A DNA stretch of 64,000 nt from an uncultured Chloroflexia bacterium. GTDB lineage: Bacteria; Chloroflexota; Anaerolineae; CG2-30-64-16. Made by a program: the position numbers and the translations under genes. Location: assembly GCA_963810095.1 (NCBI GenBank), contig CAWEMM010000012.1, forward strand, positions 32,001 through 96,000. Direction: 5' to 3'. The notes under the pieces were generated by a model. The model was not told the DNA's origin and searched no databases. It saw only the letters and a program-made list of their open reading frames with translations. Shown here piece by piece: positions 41,218 to 51,239 of this stretch. Numbering within the stretch: position 1 is the stretch's first letter; every line of letters begins with the position of its first letter.

Positions 41218-41242
41218 CGTCTCTTTCTGAGTCATCTGCGTC

Positions 41243-42163
41243 CTATTCCGCCTCCGCCTGGGAAATCACGGGCCCAACTGCGGCCTTTGGCGGACGGGTC
41301 GTGTCCACGGCTGCCGCAACGTGTGCGCCGAACACCGCAATCACGTTGCTGAGATACACCCAGAAAAGGGTGGCCACCACGCCCCCCAGTGACCCATAGA
41401 CAACCTCGTAGGTCGACAGTCCACTCCCCATGTACCAACTGAAGCCCGCGGTGACCAGTTGCCAGGCGATCGACGCCAGCAGTGCGCCAAAAAAGGCCGC
41501 GCGCCAGGTGACCTTGGTGTTTGGCACCCATTTGTAGAGCGCCAGAAACAGGGCAAAGCCGGCAAAGAACGGGATCACGTTGGAGAGCACGCCCCACTGT
41601 GGCGATTCAATCAGGGCCTGCAACTGGGGCACGAACACCGGAAACCGCGGGAGCAGGTCGGCGGCGAGGCTCAGGAAGATGGCGACGATAAGCAGCACCA
41701 GGAGCACGCCGGCCATCTTCAGCCCCATTACCCGCATGCCGAGGAAATTGCGCATGCGCGCATCGGGCCAAGCCTGGCTGACGTGGTGGCTGAGGGCGCT
41801 GAAGAAGCCGATGCCCGACCACAAGAGCGTCACAAGTGCGACGATCCCGACCGGCGTCTTGAGCCGGAACACTTCGTCAAAGGTTGTCAGCAGTAGCCGG
41901 CTCGGCAGCGGGGAGACGCCGGACAGCATGATCCGGATTTGGCTGTACACGCGCTGATCCTGCAGGATGACGCTGGCCGCCGCGACGAGAAAGATGAGCA
42001 ACGGAAAGATGGACAGAAAGGCATAGTAGGCCATGGCCGCCGCGGCCTCGGCGCCGCGGCGCTCGCCATACGTCGTGACCGCTCGGCGCAGCGATTGCGG
42101 CATTCGGCGAGACCAGCGCGCCGCGAGGGTGCGGGCCTCAGTTGGTAGTGTTCGCAGATCCAT
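41243..42163 (-). CDS. YihY/BrkB family membrane protein
   Basis: AAAMAYYAFLSIFPLL, LYKWVP, YGSLGGVVATLFWVY..FGA. Confidence 0.9.
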   Translation of the reverse strand: MDLRTLPTEARTLAARWSRRMPQSLRRAVTTYGERRGAEAAAAMAYYAFLSIFPLLIFLVAAASVILQDQRVYSQIRIMLSGVSPLPSRLLLTTFDEVFRLKTPVGIVALVTLLWSGIGFFSALSHHVSQAWPDARMRNFLGMRVMGLKMAGVLLVLLIVAIFLSLAADLLPRFPVFVPQLQALIESPQWGVLSNVIPFFAGFALFLALYKWVPNTKVTWRAAFFGALLASIAWQLVTAGFSWYMGSGLSTYEVVYGSLGGVVATLFWVYLSNVIAVFGAHVAAAVDTTRPPKAAVGPVISQAEAE

Positions 42164-42245
42164 CTTCCCGCCTCAACCCGTGGCAAGAACACCAGTCCGG
42201 CCAGACAAAAGCCGGTCGAGGTCCTGGTCTCCCCACAGCTTCCGG

Positions 42246-42891
42246 TTACTCGGCTCGCCGCGCGAGCCGGTCGCGCAGCATCTCTTTCCACCCCTCGGCC
42301 AGCTCTGGCGAGAGCAGGAGTTCCTCGGCGAAGGATCGGTCGAACGCGCCGTGCCAGTTCTCGTTCAGCACTGCGATCGAATAGGGGCGCTGGGGCCGCG
42401 ATTCCAAAATCAGCTCGTCGCCCGCGCTCGACGTCGCCCGGCGTCAGCACCCGCAGGTACCAGCCGGTGCGCTGGGTCTCTGCGCCGCGCTTCAGAAAGC
42501 CCGGCAGACCCAGCTTGCGCTCCTGCTTGCTGCAGGGCACGCGCGACGCGCTCACCTGGACGCGGGCTGTGCCTGCCCGGTAGATATCGCCGACGAAAAC
42601 GCTGTACTCGTTCCCACCGCTGATCGTCCAGTTCTCCCCTACGGCGGCCGGACCCAGCGCCGCGCCCGGGTACTCGGCGTTCCAGAAATCGTAATGCTCG
42701 AGCGGTTGGCAGCAAACCGCCTGGTCGGGCGAGCCATGATGTTTCGGGTCTGCCACACGGTCGCCCGCGTGCCCCCCCAGGGTGAGAACGACCGGCTCGG
42801 CCACCGGCGTGCGGTAGATGGCGGAGAACCACTCTCCCCGCTCATCCCGATGCGTGGCCGGCTGTCCGATCGAAAGGGTGTGAATAAACAT
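42246..42891 (-). CDS. MOSC domain protein (YiiM-like), frameshift near 42430
   Basis: GDRVADPKHHG, VGENW, RVPCSK, RTGWYLRVLTPG, C-terminal LAEGW. Confidence 0.85.
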
Positions 42892-42991
42892 GCTGCTCCT
42901 CGATGAGGCCGCTTGGCCCGATATGTCCCGAGGATTAAACCACAGATTCGTGTTCCACACCACATCTCGGTCAAAAACAAGCAAAATATAC

Positions 42992-43021
42992 TTGACAAAT
43001 AAATACTGTTAGCTTTATGAT
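42992..43021 (+). promoter_or_regulatory. Sigma70 promoter of the antitoxin gene
   Basis: TTGACA-18 nt-TATGAT in an AT-rich patch. Confidence 0.65.
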
Positions 43022-43052
43022 GTAGCCACTCTCATGCCTACGGGAGGTCGAG

Positions 43053-43283
43053 ATGCCGTACGTCGGAATCAAGGAACTTAAGAACCAGACGACCGAGATC
43101 CTGCGCGGGGTGCGTGAGGATGGTCTTGAGTACGTGGTCACCTTCCACGGCCGGCCGGTGGCCGTGCTGCTGCCCATTGCCGACGATTTCCTCGTTGGCG
43201 AACAGCGACGCGCCGTCGAAGGCGCGTTTCCGAGCCAGCAACTGGTGACCGAGCTGCGCGCCGCCACGCTGATCGGCCTGTAA
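43053..43283 (+). CDS. Phd/YefM family type II antitoxin (no cognate toxin seen)
   Basis: VGIKELKNQTTEILR.V...VVTFHGRPVAVLLP; GGGAGG RBS. Confidence 0.8.
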   Translation: MPYVGIKELKNQTTEILRGVREDGLEYVVTFHGRPVAVLLPIADDFLVGEQRRAVEGAFPSQQLVTELRAATLIGL

Positions 43284-43559
43284 TGCGCGCGGCCCCCGGC
43301 CAACGTTACAGGGGCAACGGCCGCGGCCGAACTCGCAGGCGTCTCGAGGCGGGAGAGGCGCTCGTTGGTTCGGGCGCGGCCGCTGCTCCTGTCTCACGCC
43401 GGGCTATTCTTCTATGCGGGCGTCCTCGAGCGGCGGGCGCTCCTGACGCGCCGGCCGCTGCCTGGCTGGATGTTCGAGCCGAGGCAATAAGAAACCCGGT
43501 TTTGCTGCACCGGCAGGGCCAGCGCGAACAACCGGGTTTCGGATGGACGCAGGTTGGCT

Positions 43560-44177
43560 TCAGCGTATGGAGGCGAACAAGGCGTCCGCTTCGGCCTGTT
43601 CGTACGTCTCGGCCGGCATCCCGTAGATGACCAGCGTCAGCCCCCGTTCGCCCCGGGCCGCCACCATTGCCTGCTTCCACGGCCCGCTGGAACCCTTTCC
43701 CTCGGCGATCACCATCTCGACCGGTTTCCCATTGACGGTGATGGTTTTGCGCTCTACGACCTTCATCTCGCTGTTGTGCCAGCGGTAGCCGTGTGAACTC
43801 GCCAGCCCGCGCACCTCGCGCTCCAGTTCGTCAAGGTTCGTCTGCGACGCCTCAGGCACGACGGCCAGCATGATATGCCCCGTTCCGTTCTCCGGGCGGT
43901 AGCCGACCAGGCTGAAGCCGCCGATCCGCATCGCGTATTCCGAGCGCCAGCCGGCCGGCAGCTCGAACGGCGCCGCCTCGCCGGCAGCTTCGCCCAACTG
44001 CCCCGGTTCGACCTGCACCGCCTCTTCCACTGCAGTTCGCACGGACTCGCTGCGGACCGTGACCGAGTTGTCGATGAACAGCCACCTGGCAATCAGCGCC
44101 ACCGAACAGGCACAGAGACAGAGTACGACGAGCAGTCCTGCGAGGACGGCCAGGATGATCTTAGTGTTGCGGCTCAT
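43560..44177 (-). CDS. Hypothetical membrane-anchored protein
   Basis: GGAGGAG RBS; N-terminal TM with LCLCAC. Confidence 0.6.
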   Translation of the reverse strand: MSRNTKIILAVLAGLLVVLCLCACSVALIARWLFIDNSVTVRSESVRTAVEEAVQVEPGQLGEAAGEAAPFELPAGWRSEYAMRIGGFSLVGYRPENGTGHIMLAVVPEASQTNLDELEREVRGLASSHGYRWHNSEMKVVERKTITVNGKPVEMVIAEGKGSSGPWKQAMVAARGERGLTLVIYGMPAETYEQAEADALFASIR

Positions 44178-44379
44178 GAGACTCCTCCAGACGGGCCTTT
44201 TTTGGGTGATGTCTTTCACTCACAGTACGCAAGGGAGTTGCTGCAGGTTGCGATCCAGGCCGGCCGGCTCTTTCACACCCTTGATCGCCCCTTGACACGG
44301 TGGTCGAGTAACCGCATCCGGGGCGCACATGCTATAATTGCCTCCTACTCGCAATTCAAGTCCTCGAAAGGCACGCCCC

Positions 44380-45219
44380 ATGCATCGCACCCTTAATTCC
44401 GTCATTGGCATTCTGCTGATGATCGCGGCCGTCGTCGGCCTCGTCGCCAGCATCGGCGGCATTGTGGTTCTTGGGTCGGTCCATGCCCGCATCGACTCAG
44501 GCGTGAAGCACCAGCTCGCGCTGCTCGACCAGGCGCTTACTGCAACCGATAGCGGCCTGCGCACGGCGTCCGCCTCCGTCGCTCAGAGCCAGGCGACGCT
44601 GTCGTCCCTACAGAGCACGATTGGCGGCTCGGCTGGCGCCATCGACGACATCGTGCCGGCTGTGCAGGCGATGGGCGGAGTTGTTGGTAGCCAGCTGCCG
44701 GGTGCGCTCGAGGGCGCGACAAAGGCACTGACCACCTTTGCGAACACCGCAGCGGTGATCGACCGGGTGATGGGCGTCCTCGAATCTGTGCCCTTCGTCA
44801 ACATCCCCGCCTACGACCCCGACGTACCGCTTGCCGAAAGCGTCTCGAACGTGCGCGATAGTGTGGCAGGGCTGGGCGCGGACTTACGCGATATCCAGAC
44901 GGGCCTGGACAAGACCGCGACGAACCTGAACGCGGTACGCGGGGAAGTCTCGGGCGTGAGCACCGCGCTTGGCGGCCTCGAGACGTCGTTGGCCGGCACG
45001 GTCGACGTCCTGTCCAGCTATCAGGAGATTGTGGGCGACCTCCGCAGCCAGGTCGACGCAGCCAACCAGGGCATCGAGGACGCGCTGCGCTGGGCGCGCA
45101 TCGTCGCAACCCTCGTCCTGGCCTGGGTCGGCATCGCATCTCTCGGCATGCTCGTACAGGGCTGGTATATCCTGCAGAGCAGACGGGAGCCAGCGCGGGC
45201 GGAGGCCACGGGACTGTAG
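44380..45219 (+). CDS. Hypothetical two-TM coiled-coil protein
   Basis: N- and C-terminal hydrophobic helices flanking a heptad-rich region. Confidence 0.6.
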   Translation: MHRTLNSVIGILLMIAAVVGLVASIGGIVVLGSVHARIDSGVKHQLALLDQALTATDSGLRTASASVAQSQATLSSLQSTIGGSAGAIDDIVPAVQAMGGVVGSQLPGALEGATKALTTFANTAAVIDRVMGVLESVPFVNIPAYDPDVPLAESVSNVRDSVAGLGADLRDIQTGLDKTATNLNAVRGEVSGVSTALGGLETSLAGTVDVLSSYQEIVGDLRSQVDAANQGIEDALRWARIVATLVLAWVGIASLGMLVQGWYILQSRREPARAEATGL

Positions 45220-45379
45220 GGCAAGCAAGTCTGGCGGGCGCAAGTCCACGCTGCGCGGGCTTGCGGGCCGGGGCGCTTTACTTTGCGCTTGATATCGCCC
45301 TCCCGCTCCCGCCATCTTTGCCTTCTCTGCTCCCAGGAGTACAATTATTCGGCAGTCGTCATCATCAAGGAGTGACTCA

Positions 45380-46252
45380 GTGAGCATCATCGAGGTCACC
45401 AATCTCACAAAGTACTACGGCAAGGCGCGAGGCATCGTCGACGTCTCATTCAGCGAAGAAGCAGGCGAGATCTTCGGCTTCATCGGGCCGAACGGCGCGG
45501 GCAAGTCGACCACGATCCGCCTGCTCCTCTCCCTCATCCACCCCACCAGCGGCAGTGCGAAGATCTTCGGCCAGGACGTTGTCAGCAACGGGCCCAAAAT
45601 CCGGCGCGACATCGGCTACCTGCCTTCCGAGGTGTTTTACTACGAAGGGATGAAGGTCGTCGACCTGTTGAAGTATTCCGCCAGCTTCTACCCCCACGAC
45701 TGTACCCAGCGCATGAAACAGCTTTCGGATATCATGGAGCTGGAGCTGAACCGCCGCATCAGCGACCTGTCGTACGGCAACAAGAAGAAGGTTGGCATCG
45801 TGCAGGGCTTGCTGCACAGCCCGAAGCTGTTGTTCCTCGACGAGCCGACTTCCGGCTTGGATCCGCTCATGCAGCGGAAATTCTTCGACCTGATCCGTGA
45901 GGAAAACGCCCGGGGCGTCACCGTCTTCTTCTCCTCCCATATCCTGGGCGAGGTGCAGAAGCTCTGCACGCGGGTTGGCATCATCCGGGAAGGCAAGATC
46001 GTCGAGATCTCGGATATCCGGAGCCTGCAACAGAACAACTACAAGAAGATCGGCCTGACCGCACCGGGCGTCAGTCCGGATGCGTTCGCCCTGCCGGGCG
46101 TCACCGAGTGCCAACAGGAAGGCGACGCGCTGCGCTTCTTCTTCCGCGGCGACATCAACGCGGTGCTGCAGAGGCTGGGCCAAATGCAGGTGACCGATTT
46201 GACCATCGAAGAGCCCACGCTCGAAGAGATCTTCATGCACTACTACGAATAG
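45380..46252 (+). CDS. ABC-2 type exporter ATP-binding protein
   Basis: GPNGAGKST, LSYGNKKKV, LDEPTSGLD, SSH. Confidence 0.92.
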   Translation: MSIIEVTNLTKYYGKARGIVDVSFSEEAGEIFGFIGPNGAGKSTTIRLLLSLIHPTSGSAKIFGQDVVSNGPKIRRDIGYLPSEVFYYEGMKVVDLLKYSASFYPHDCTQRMKQLSDIMELELNRRISDLSYGNKKKVGIVQGLLHSPKLLFLDEPTSGLDPLMQRKFFDLIREENARGVTVFFSSHILGEVQKLCTRVGIIREGKIVEISDIRSLQQNNYKKIGLTAPGVSPDAFALPGVTECQQEGDALRFFFRGDINAVLQRLGQMQVTDLTIEEPTLEEIFMHYYE

Positions 46253-46261
46253 GCGGAGACC

Positions 46262-47071
46262 ATGAACGCAAGCATTTACAGGCATGAGTTCCGCGGGCGC
46301 CTCAAATCGGTGATCGTCTGGTCTGTCGCGGTGGCCGCGCTGATCCTGTTCTTCTTCTCGATCTTCCCTGTGTTTGCGGACCAGGCCGCACTCATGAACG
46401 AGTTCCTCGCCCGTTACCCGGCGCAACTGCGGGTCGCGCTGGGGCTGGGGAACCTGGATCTGGCGACCGTGCTTGGCTACTACAGCTTTCTCTTCATGTT
46501 CGTACAGCTGTGCCTGGCGGTTCAGGCCGCGAATTACGGCGTCGGCCTGGTGTCTGTGGAAGAGACCGACCTCACGGCCGACTTCCTGCTGGCCAAGCCT
46601 GTCAGCCGGGCCCAGGTGATGACCAGCAAACTGCTGGCCGCGCTGACCAGCCTGCTCCTCACCGACCTGGTCATCGTCGTCGTCACCTTCCTGGGGATCA
46701 CGCTGTTCCGCGAGGGGCGGGCCTACGACACCCGCACGCTGATCCTGCTGCTGGTGAGCATGGTCATCTTCCAGCTCTTCTTCCTCGGGGTCGGGCTGGC
46801 GATCTCGCTGCTGGTGAAGCGGGTGCGAAGCGTGACGCCGTATGCGCTGGGCCTCGCCATCGGCATGTACGTCCTGAGCGCCTTCAGCGGGGTCTTCGGC
46901 GATGTGGCGCTCGAATTGCTCACGCCGTTCAAGCACCTCGACGCGGCATACATCGCACACAACGGCGCGTTCAACACACCGCTGGTGCTGCTCAACCTCG
47001 GGGTGACGCTGATCGCGCTGGTGGCGAGCTACTGGCTGTACCTGCGCCGCGACATCCCGGCCGTGTCGTGA
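46262..47071 (+). CDS. ABC-2 type exporter permease
   Basis: EE..TADFLLAKPVSR, TPFK, RRDI; six TM. Confidence 0.85.
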   Translation: MNASIYRHEFRGRLKSVIVWSVAVAALILFFFSIFPVFADQAALMNEFLARYPAQLRVALGLGNLDLATVLGYYSFLFMFVQLCLAVQAANYGVGLVSVEETDLTADFLLAKPVSRAQVMTSKLLAALTSLLLTDLVIVVVTFLGITLFREGRAYDTRTLILLLVSMVIFQLFFLGVGLAISLLVKRVRSVTPYALGLAIGMYVLSAFSGVFGDVALELLTPFKHLDAAYIAHNGAFNTPLVLLNLGVTLIALVASYWLYLRRDIPAVS

Positions 47072-47085
47072 GGGGAGGGTAAACC

Positions 47086-47880
47086 GTGAATATCTTCCTG
47101 CGTGAGCTGCGCGCTAACCTGAAATCGCTGCTGATCTGGTGCGGCATCGTCATCCTCCTGATCATCATGGCCGTGGCCAAGTTTCAGGCCTTTGCCGGCG
47201 ACCCACAGACGATCAAGATGCTCGATTCGATGCCCAAGCAGCTGCTGGACGCGTTCGGGCTGCGCGCCTTCAACATGACCACTCTCAGCGGCTTTTACGG
47301 CGTCATGTTCGTCTACTTCGCCCTGATGGGTGCCATTGCCGCGGCCTTGTGGGGCAGCGACATCATCGCGAAGGAGCAGCGCGACAAGACCGTCGAGTTT
47401 TCCCTCGTGCTGCCGGTCTCGCGCAACCGGGTGGTAACCGCCAAAGCACTGGCAGCCCTGGTCAATTGCGTGATCTTCGTCCTGGTCACCTGGGGCGCGT
47501 CCGCGGTCGCCGTCCGCTCGTTCCAGCCGGACCAGGCTTTCTTCGACTACCTGCGGCTGCAGATGGCCGCGCTCTTTGCGATCGAGCTGATCTTCCTCGC
47601 GGTCGGCTTGCTGCTCGGCTGCGCGCTGAAGCAGTATCGCCGCGCCGGCACAGTTGCCGTATCCATCATCCTCGGCGCATACTTCATCTCGATCATCACG
47701 AGCATGCAGGCGAGCCTGGATTTCCTGAAGTGGTTCACGCCGTTCAAGTACTTCGACGCGGCAGAGCTGTTCCGCGCCGGGAGTATGAACACGACCTACC
47801 TCGTCCTCTCCGCGGCTATTATCGTCGTCTGCGTGGCCGCGGCGTACTGGTTCTATAACCGGCGGGACCTGTATATCTAG
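47086..47880 (+). CDS. ABC-2 type exporter permease (paralog)
   Basis: KE..KTVEF..LPVSR, TPFKYF, RRDL. Confidence 0.85.
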   Translation: MNIFLRELRANLKSLLIWCGIVILLIIMAVAKFQAFAGDPQTIKMLDSMPKQLLDAFGLRAFNMTTLSGFYGVMFVYFALMGAIAAALWGSDIIAKEQRDKTVEFSLVLPVSRNRVVTAKALAALVNCVIFVLVTWGASAVAVRSFQPDQAFFDYLRLQMAALFAIELIFLAVGLLLGCALKQYRRAGTVAVSIILGAYFISIITSMQASLDFLKWFTPFKYFDAAELFRAGSMNTTYLVLSAAIIVVCVAAAYWFYNRRDLYI

Positions 47881-47903
47881 GCCGGACGCGGGCCGGCAAC
47901 GCG

Positions 47904-48998
47904 ATGAACGAAGAATCGCTCCGCCGCTTTCGCCCAGACGGCTACCTGGCCGGGCTGGCCATGGTCGCGCTGATTACGGTCATCGGCCTGATTACGCATG
48001 GCCTGATCGTCTCGACGAACCTCGTCATGCTGTTCCTGCTGGCGGTGGTGATCGTCGCGCTGCGCTGGGGCCTTGGCCCGGCGATCTTCACCGCGCTGGC
48101 CAGCGTGGTGGGCTTTGACTTCTTCATCATCCCCCCAAGGCTGACCTTCGAAGTCGCAGACACGCAGTACCTGCTGACGTTCTTCGGCCTGCTGGCGACG
48201 GGTGTGGTCATCAGCACGCTCGCTGCCAGGGCGCGCCAGCGCGCCGACGAGGCCGTCGAACGCGCGCAATTGCTCGAGCAGGCCCGTGAGGCCGAGCTCC
48301 TCCGCGCGACGGAAAAGCTGCAAACGGCACTGCTTAACTCCATCTCGCACGACCTGCGTACGCCCCTGGCGTCGATCACCGGCGCCGTCAGTACGCTCCG
48401 GGACCCCGACGTGCAGTTGGACGAGGTCACCAGAGCCGAGCTTATCGCGGACGTCGCAACCGAGGCCGACCGCTTGAACCGGCTGGTCGGCAACCTGCTT
48501 GATATGACCCGGGTGGAGGCCGGCGCACTCCACATCACTAGCGAGCCGGGCGACATGGCCGAGGTCATCGGCGCGGCGCTCGAGCAGCGCGCAGGCGTGC
48601 TAAAGGACCGGACTCTGCTGCTCCGCGTGCAGCGCGATCTGCCCCCTGTGCCCATGAGCGAACCCCTCATCGTCCAGGTCGTCGTAAACCTGCTCGACAA
48701 CGCGCTCAAGTATTCGGGCGACGAAGCGGCGGTCGAACTGTCTGCGGCACTCGAGGGTGCGGCCGTGGCTGTAGCGGTGTCCGACCGGGGCGTCGGATTT
48801 CCGGAAGGGGACGAAGGGCACATCTTCGACAAGTTCTACCGCGTCCAGCAGCCGGGGCGGGTCAGCGGGACGGGCCTGGGGCTCGCGATTGCCAAAGGCA
48901 TCGTGGAGGCCCACGGCGGCGAGATTGCGGCCGAACACCGGCCCGGCGGCGGTTCGACCTTCCGCTTCACGCTGCCCGTGGCCAGGGAGGGACCATGA
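47904..48998 (+). CDS. kdpD: Minimal KdpD-like sensor histidine kinase (DUF4118 TM + HisKA + HATPase)
   Basis: NLVMLFLLAV..FDFFIIPP.LTF (DUF4118), SISHDLRTPL, NLLDNALKY, GTGLGLAI; lacks the N-terminal KdpD/Usp and GAF regions. Confidence 0.75.
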   Translation: MNEESLRRFRPDGYLAGLAMVALITVIGLITHGLIVSTNLVMLFLLAVVIVALRWGLGPAIFTALASVVGFDFFIIPPRLTFEVADTQYLLTFFGLLATGVVISTLAARARQRADEAVERAQLLEQAREAELLRATEKLQTALLNSISHDLRTPLASITGAVSTLRDPDVQLDEVTRAELIADVATEADRLNRLVGNLLDMTRVEAGALHITSEPGDMAEVIGAALEQRAGVLKDRTLLLRVQRDLPPVPMSEPLIVQVVVNLLDNALKYSGDEAAVELSAALEGAAVAVAVSDRGVGFPEGDEGHIFDKFYRVQQPGRVSGTGLGLAIAKGIVEAHGGEIAAEHRPGGGSTFRFTLPVAREGP

Positions 48999-49687
48999 CC
49001 CAGCCCGTCAACCAGCGGGTGCTGATCGTGGACGATGAGCACGCGATCCGCCGCTTCCTGCGTGCCTCGCTCACCGCGCACGGCTATACGATTCACGAGG
49101 CGGCCACGGGCGAAGAGGCCCTGCAAGTGGTCGTCAATGCCCGGCCAGACATCGTCATCCTCGACCTGGGCCTGCCCGGCATCGACGGGCTGGAGGTCAC
49201 CAAGCGCCTGCGCGAGTGGAGCACGACGCCGGTGATCGTCTTGTCGGTGCGGAATGACGAGGCAGAGAAGATCCGGGCGCTGGATGCGGGAGCCGACGAC
49301 TACCTCACCAAGCCCTTCGGCGTCGGCGAGCTGCTGGCCCGGCTGCGGGTGGCCCTGCGTCACCGGGCGCCTGAGGCGGGGAACGCGGCACTCTCTGCCG
49401 GCGAACTCGCTATAGATCTCACCCGGCGGCTGGTGACACTGGCAGGCGAGCCCGTCCAGCTCACGCCGACCGAGTATGACCTGCTGCGCGTAATGATGAC
49501 CCACGCCGGGAAGGTGCTCACGCACCGCCAACTGCTGCGCGAGGTGTGGGGCGCGGCGTACGAGTCGGAGACCCACCTGCTGCGCGTTAACATCAGCAAC
49601 CTGCGGCGAAAGATCGAGCCCGAGCCGGCACGACCGCAGTACATCTTGAATGAGCCGGGAGTCGGCTACCGCCTGCGTGAGTCTTGA
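48995..49687 (+). CDS. kdpE: KdpE-like response regulator
   Basis: LDLGLP, ALDAGADDYLTKPF, GKVLTHRQLLREVWG, LRRKIE..PARPQYI..EPGVGYR. Confidence 0.85.
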   Translation: MTQPVNQRVLIVDDEHAIRRFLRASLTAHGYTIHEAATGEEALQVVVNARPDIVILDLGLPGIDGLEVTKRLREWSTTPVIVLSVRNDEAEKIRALDAGADDYLTKPFGVGELLARLRVALRHRAPEAGNAALSAGELAIDLTRRLVTLAGEPVQLTPTEYDLLRVMMTHAGKVLTHRQLLREVWGAAYESETHLLRVNISNLRRKIEPEPARPQYILNEPGVGYRLRES

Positions 49688-49749
49688 CACTTTCTTGACA
49701 CGTTCCGGCCCAATCTTGATCCTCTCTTTATGCCCCCCGGACGTATGCT
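49682..49749 (+). promoter_or_regulatory. KdpE/OmpR-type direct repeats and -10 box
   Basis: TCTTGACAC (49682, 49693), TCTTGAT (49714), TCTTTAT (49725); TATGCT at 49744. Confidence 0.6.
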
Positions 49750-49771
49750 CTCCATCGAGGAGAGTAGTCAA

Positions 49772-49993
49772 ATGGATTTGCTCATCAAGCACGGCACCTG
49801 GATCATCGCGCCGGTCGGCCTGGTCCTGTCCCTGGTTTATCTTTACGCGTACCCGAAAATCTACCCGTTCCTGGTCGCCCGGTCCCTGAAAGAAGAGGAT
49901 GCCCTGGGCCGCGCCCCACAGGCTGTAACTCCCGAGGTTGAACCCCATCCCCGGCCATTCGAGGCGCCCCAGCCGGCCCGTTCACGCGCCTAA
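49772..49993 (+). CDS. Small single-TM protein (73 aa)
   Basis: GAGGAG RBS; MDLLIKHGTWIIAPVGLVLSLVYLYAYPKIYP; coding-like codon usage. Confidence 0.6.
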   Translation: MDLLIKHGTWIIAPVGLVLSLVYLYAYPKIYPFLVARSLKEEDALGRAPQAVTPEVEPHPRPFEAPQPARSRA

Positions 49994-50001
49994 ACCGAGC
50001 T

Positions 50002-50087
50002 GAAATGGGACGCTGATGCAACTGATCTGCACTGCCCTTAGGGTAGAGATCGTGATAGTCAGTCTGATCCGTTCAATCAGTGTCCCG
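50002..50087. repeat. Dispersed palindromic element, copy 2
   Basis: GAAATGGGACGCTGATGCAACTGAT...GAGATCGTGA...CAATCAGTGTCCC aligns with 24158-24257. Confidence 0.75.
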
Positions 50088-50162
50088 TCCCGTCTGGCTC
50101 GGTCGGAGACCGGCCAGAGCCCTTTCGGATAGAGTCTTAGTGCAGAGTGCTGCGGGAAAAGC

Positions 50163-51239
50163 TCAGGCCCGCGGCAGGATCACGGAGAACTGCGACCCCC
50201 GCCCCTTGCCCGCACTCGCGGCTTCGACGCGACCGCCGTGCGCTTCCACGATCACCTTGACGATGGCGAGCCCAAGCCCGGTGCCCCCCGTCTCGCGGCT
50301 GCGCGACCTGTCGGCCCGGTAGAACCGGTCGAACGCCGCGGCAAGTTGGTCGGGCTCCAGCCCTTCGCCCGTGTCCGCCACCGTCAGACGCACTTCTGAC
50401 GTGCTCACGGCGCTCGACACCCACACCTCGCCGCCCGCATCCGTGTGCCGCAGGGCATTTGTCAGCAGGTTGAATAGGACCTGGCGGATGCGCCCAGGGT
50501 CGACTTCGAGCTCGGGCAGGCCGCTGCAGCGGTCCACGAGTGCGATCCCTTTCTCGGCGGCAAACGGCTCGAGCGCCTGGAGCGTCTCGGCGACCAGGTC
50601 GGCCAGCGAACTCGCCTGCTTCTGCAGGGGCAGCTGCCTCGACTCGCCCAGCGAGAGCTCGCGCAGGTCGTTGACCAGGCGGATCAGGTGACGGGTCTGG
50701 CTGTACAAGTTTGCGATTTCCGACTCGTCGAGCGTGTAGACGTGATCGAGCGCTGCCCGGAGATTGCCCTCCAGTACGGTCAAGGGCGTACGTAGCTCGT
50801 GCGACACGTCGGCCATCAGATCGCTGCGCACGCTCTCAGCGCGCTGCAGGTCCGCGGCCATCTGGTTAAACGTGCTGCCGAGCTCGACCATCTCGAGGCT
50901 GCCGCGGGGTTTTACCCGCGCGCCAAGCTCCCCCGACCCCACCCGTCGCGCCACTCGCACCAGGTCCGTGATTGGCGCACTCACGATGCGCCCGATCAGG
51001 CCGCCGCCCGCAAGGCCCACCGCCGCTGAGAGCAGCATGAAGTTCACAAGCCGCCGCGTGATCTCGTCGCGCGTCTCGTTGCCAGGCCCCTCGGCATGGC
51101 CGGCCGTCTGTCCGGGCGCGACCGGGGACGGGGGCAGCCCGCCGGCCGGCGACAGCATGATCGACGCGAACTGCAGGAAGAAGACCAGGAAGAGTACTCC
51201 GGCAATCATCAGACCGATTCGCACCCACAGGCGGTTCAT
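50163..51239 (-). CDS. BaeS-like sensor histidine kinase (HAMP)
   Basis: FNQMA, DVSHELRTPL, NLLTNALRH, FDRFYR, GTGLGLAI. Confidence 0.92.
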   Translation of the reverse strand: MNRLWVRIGLMIAGVLFLVFFLQFASIMLSPAGGLPPSPVAPGQTAGHAEGPGNETRDEITRRLVNFMLLSAAVGLAGGGLIGRIVSAPITDLVRVARRVGSGELGARVKPRGSLEMVELGSTFNQMAADLQRAESVRSDLMADVSHELRTPLTVLEGNLRAALDHVYTLDESEIANLYSQTRHLIRLVNDLRELSLGESRQLPLQKQASSLADLVAETLQALEPFAAEKGIALVDRCSGLPELEVDPGRIRQVLFNLLTNALRHTDAGGEVWVSSAVSTSEVRLTVADTGEGLEPDQLAAAFDRFYRADRSRSRETGGTGLGLAIVKVIVEAHGGRVEAASAGKGRGSQFSVILPRA

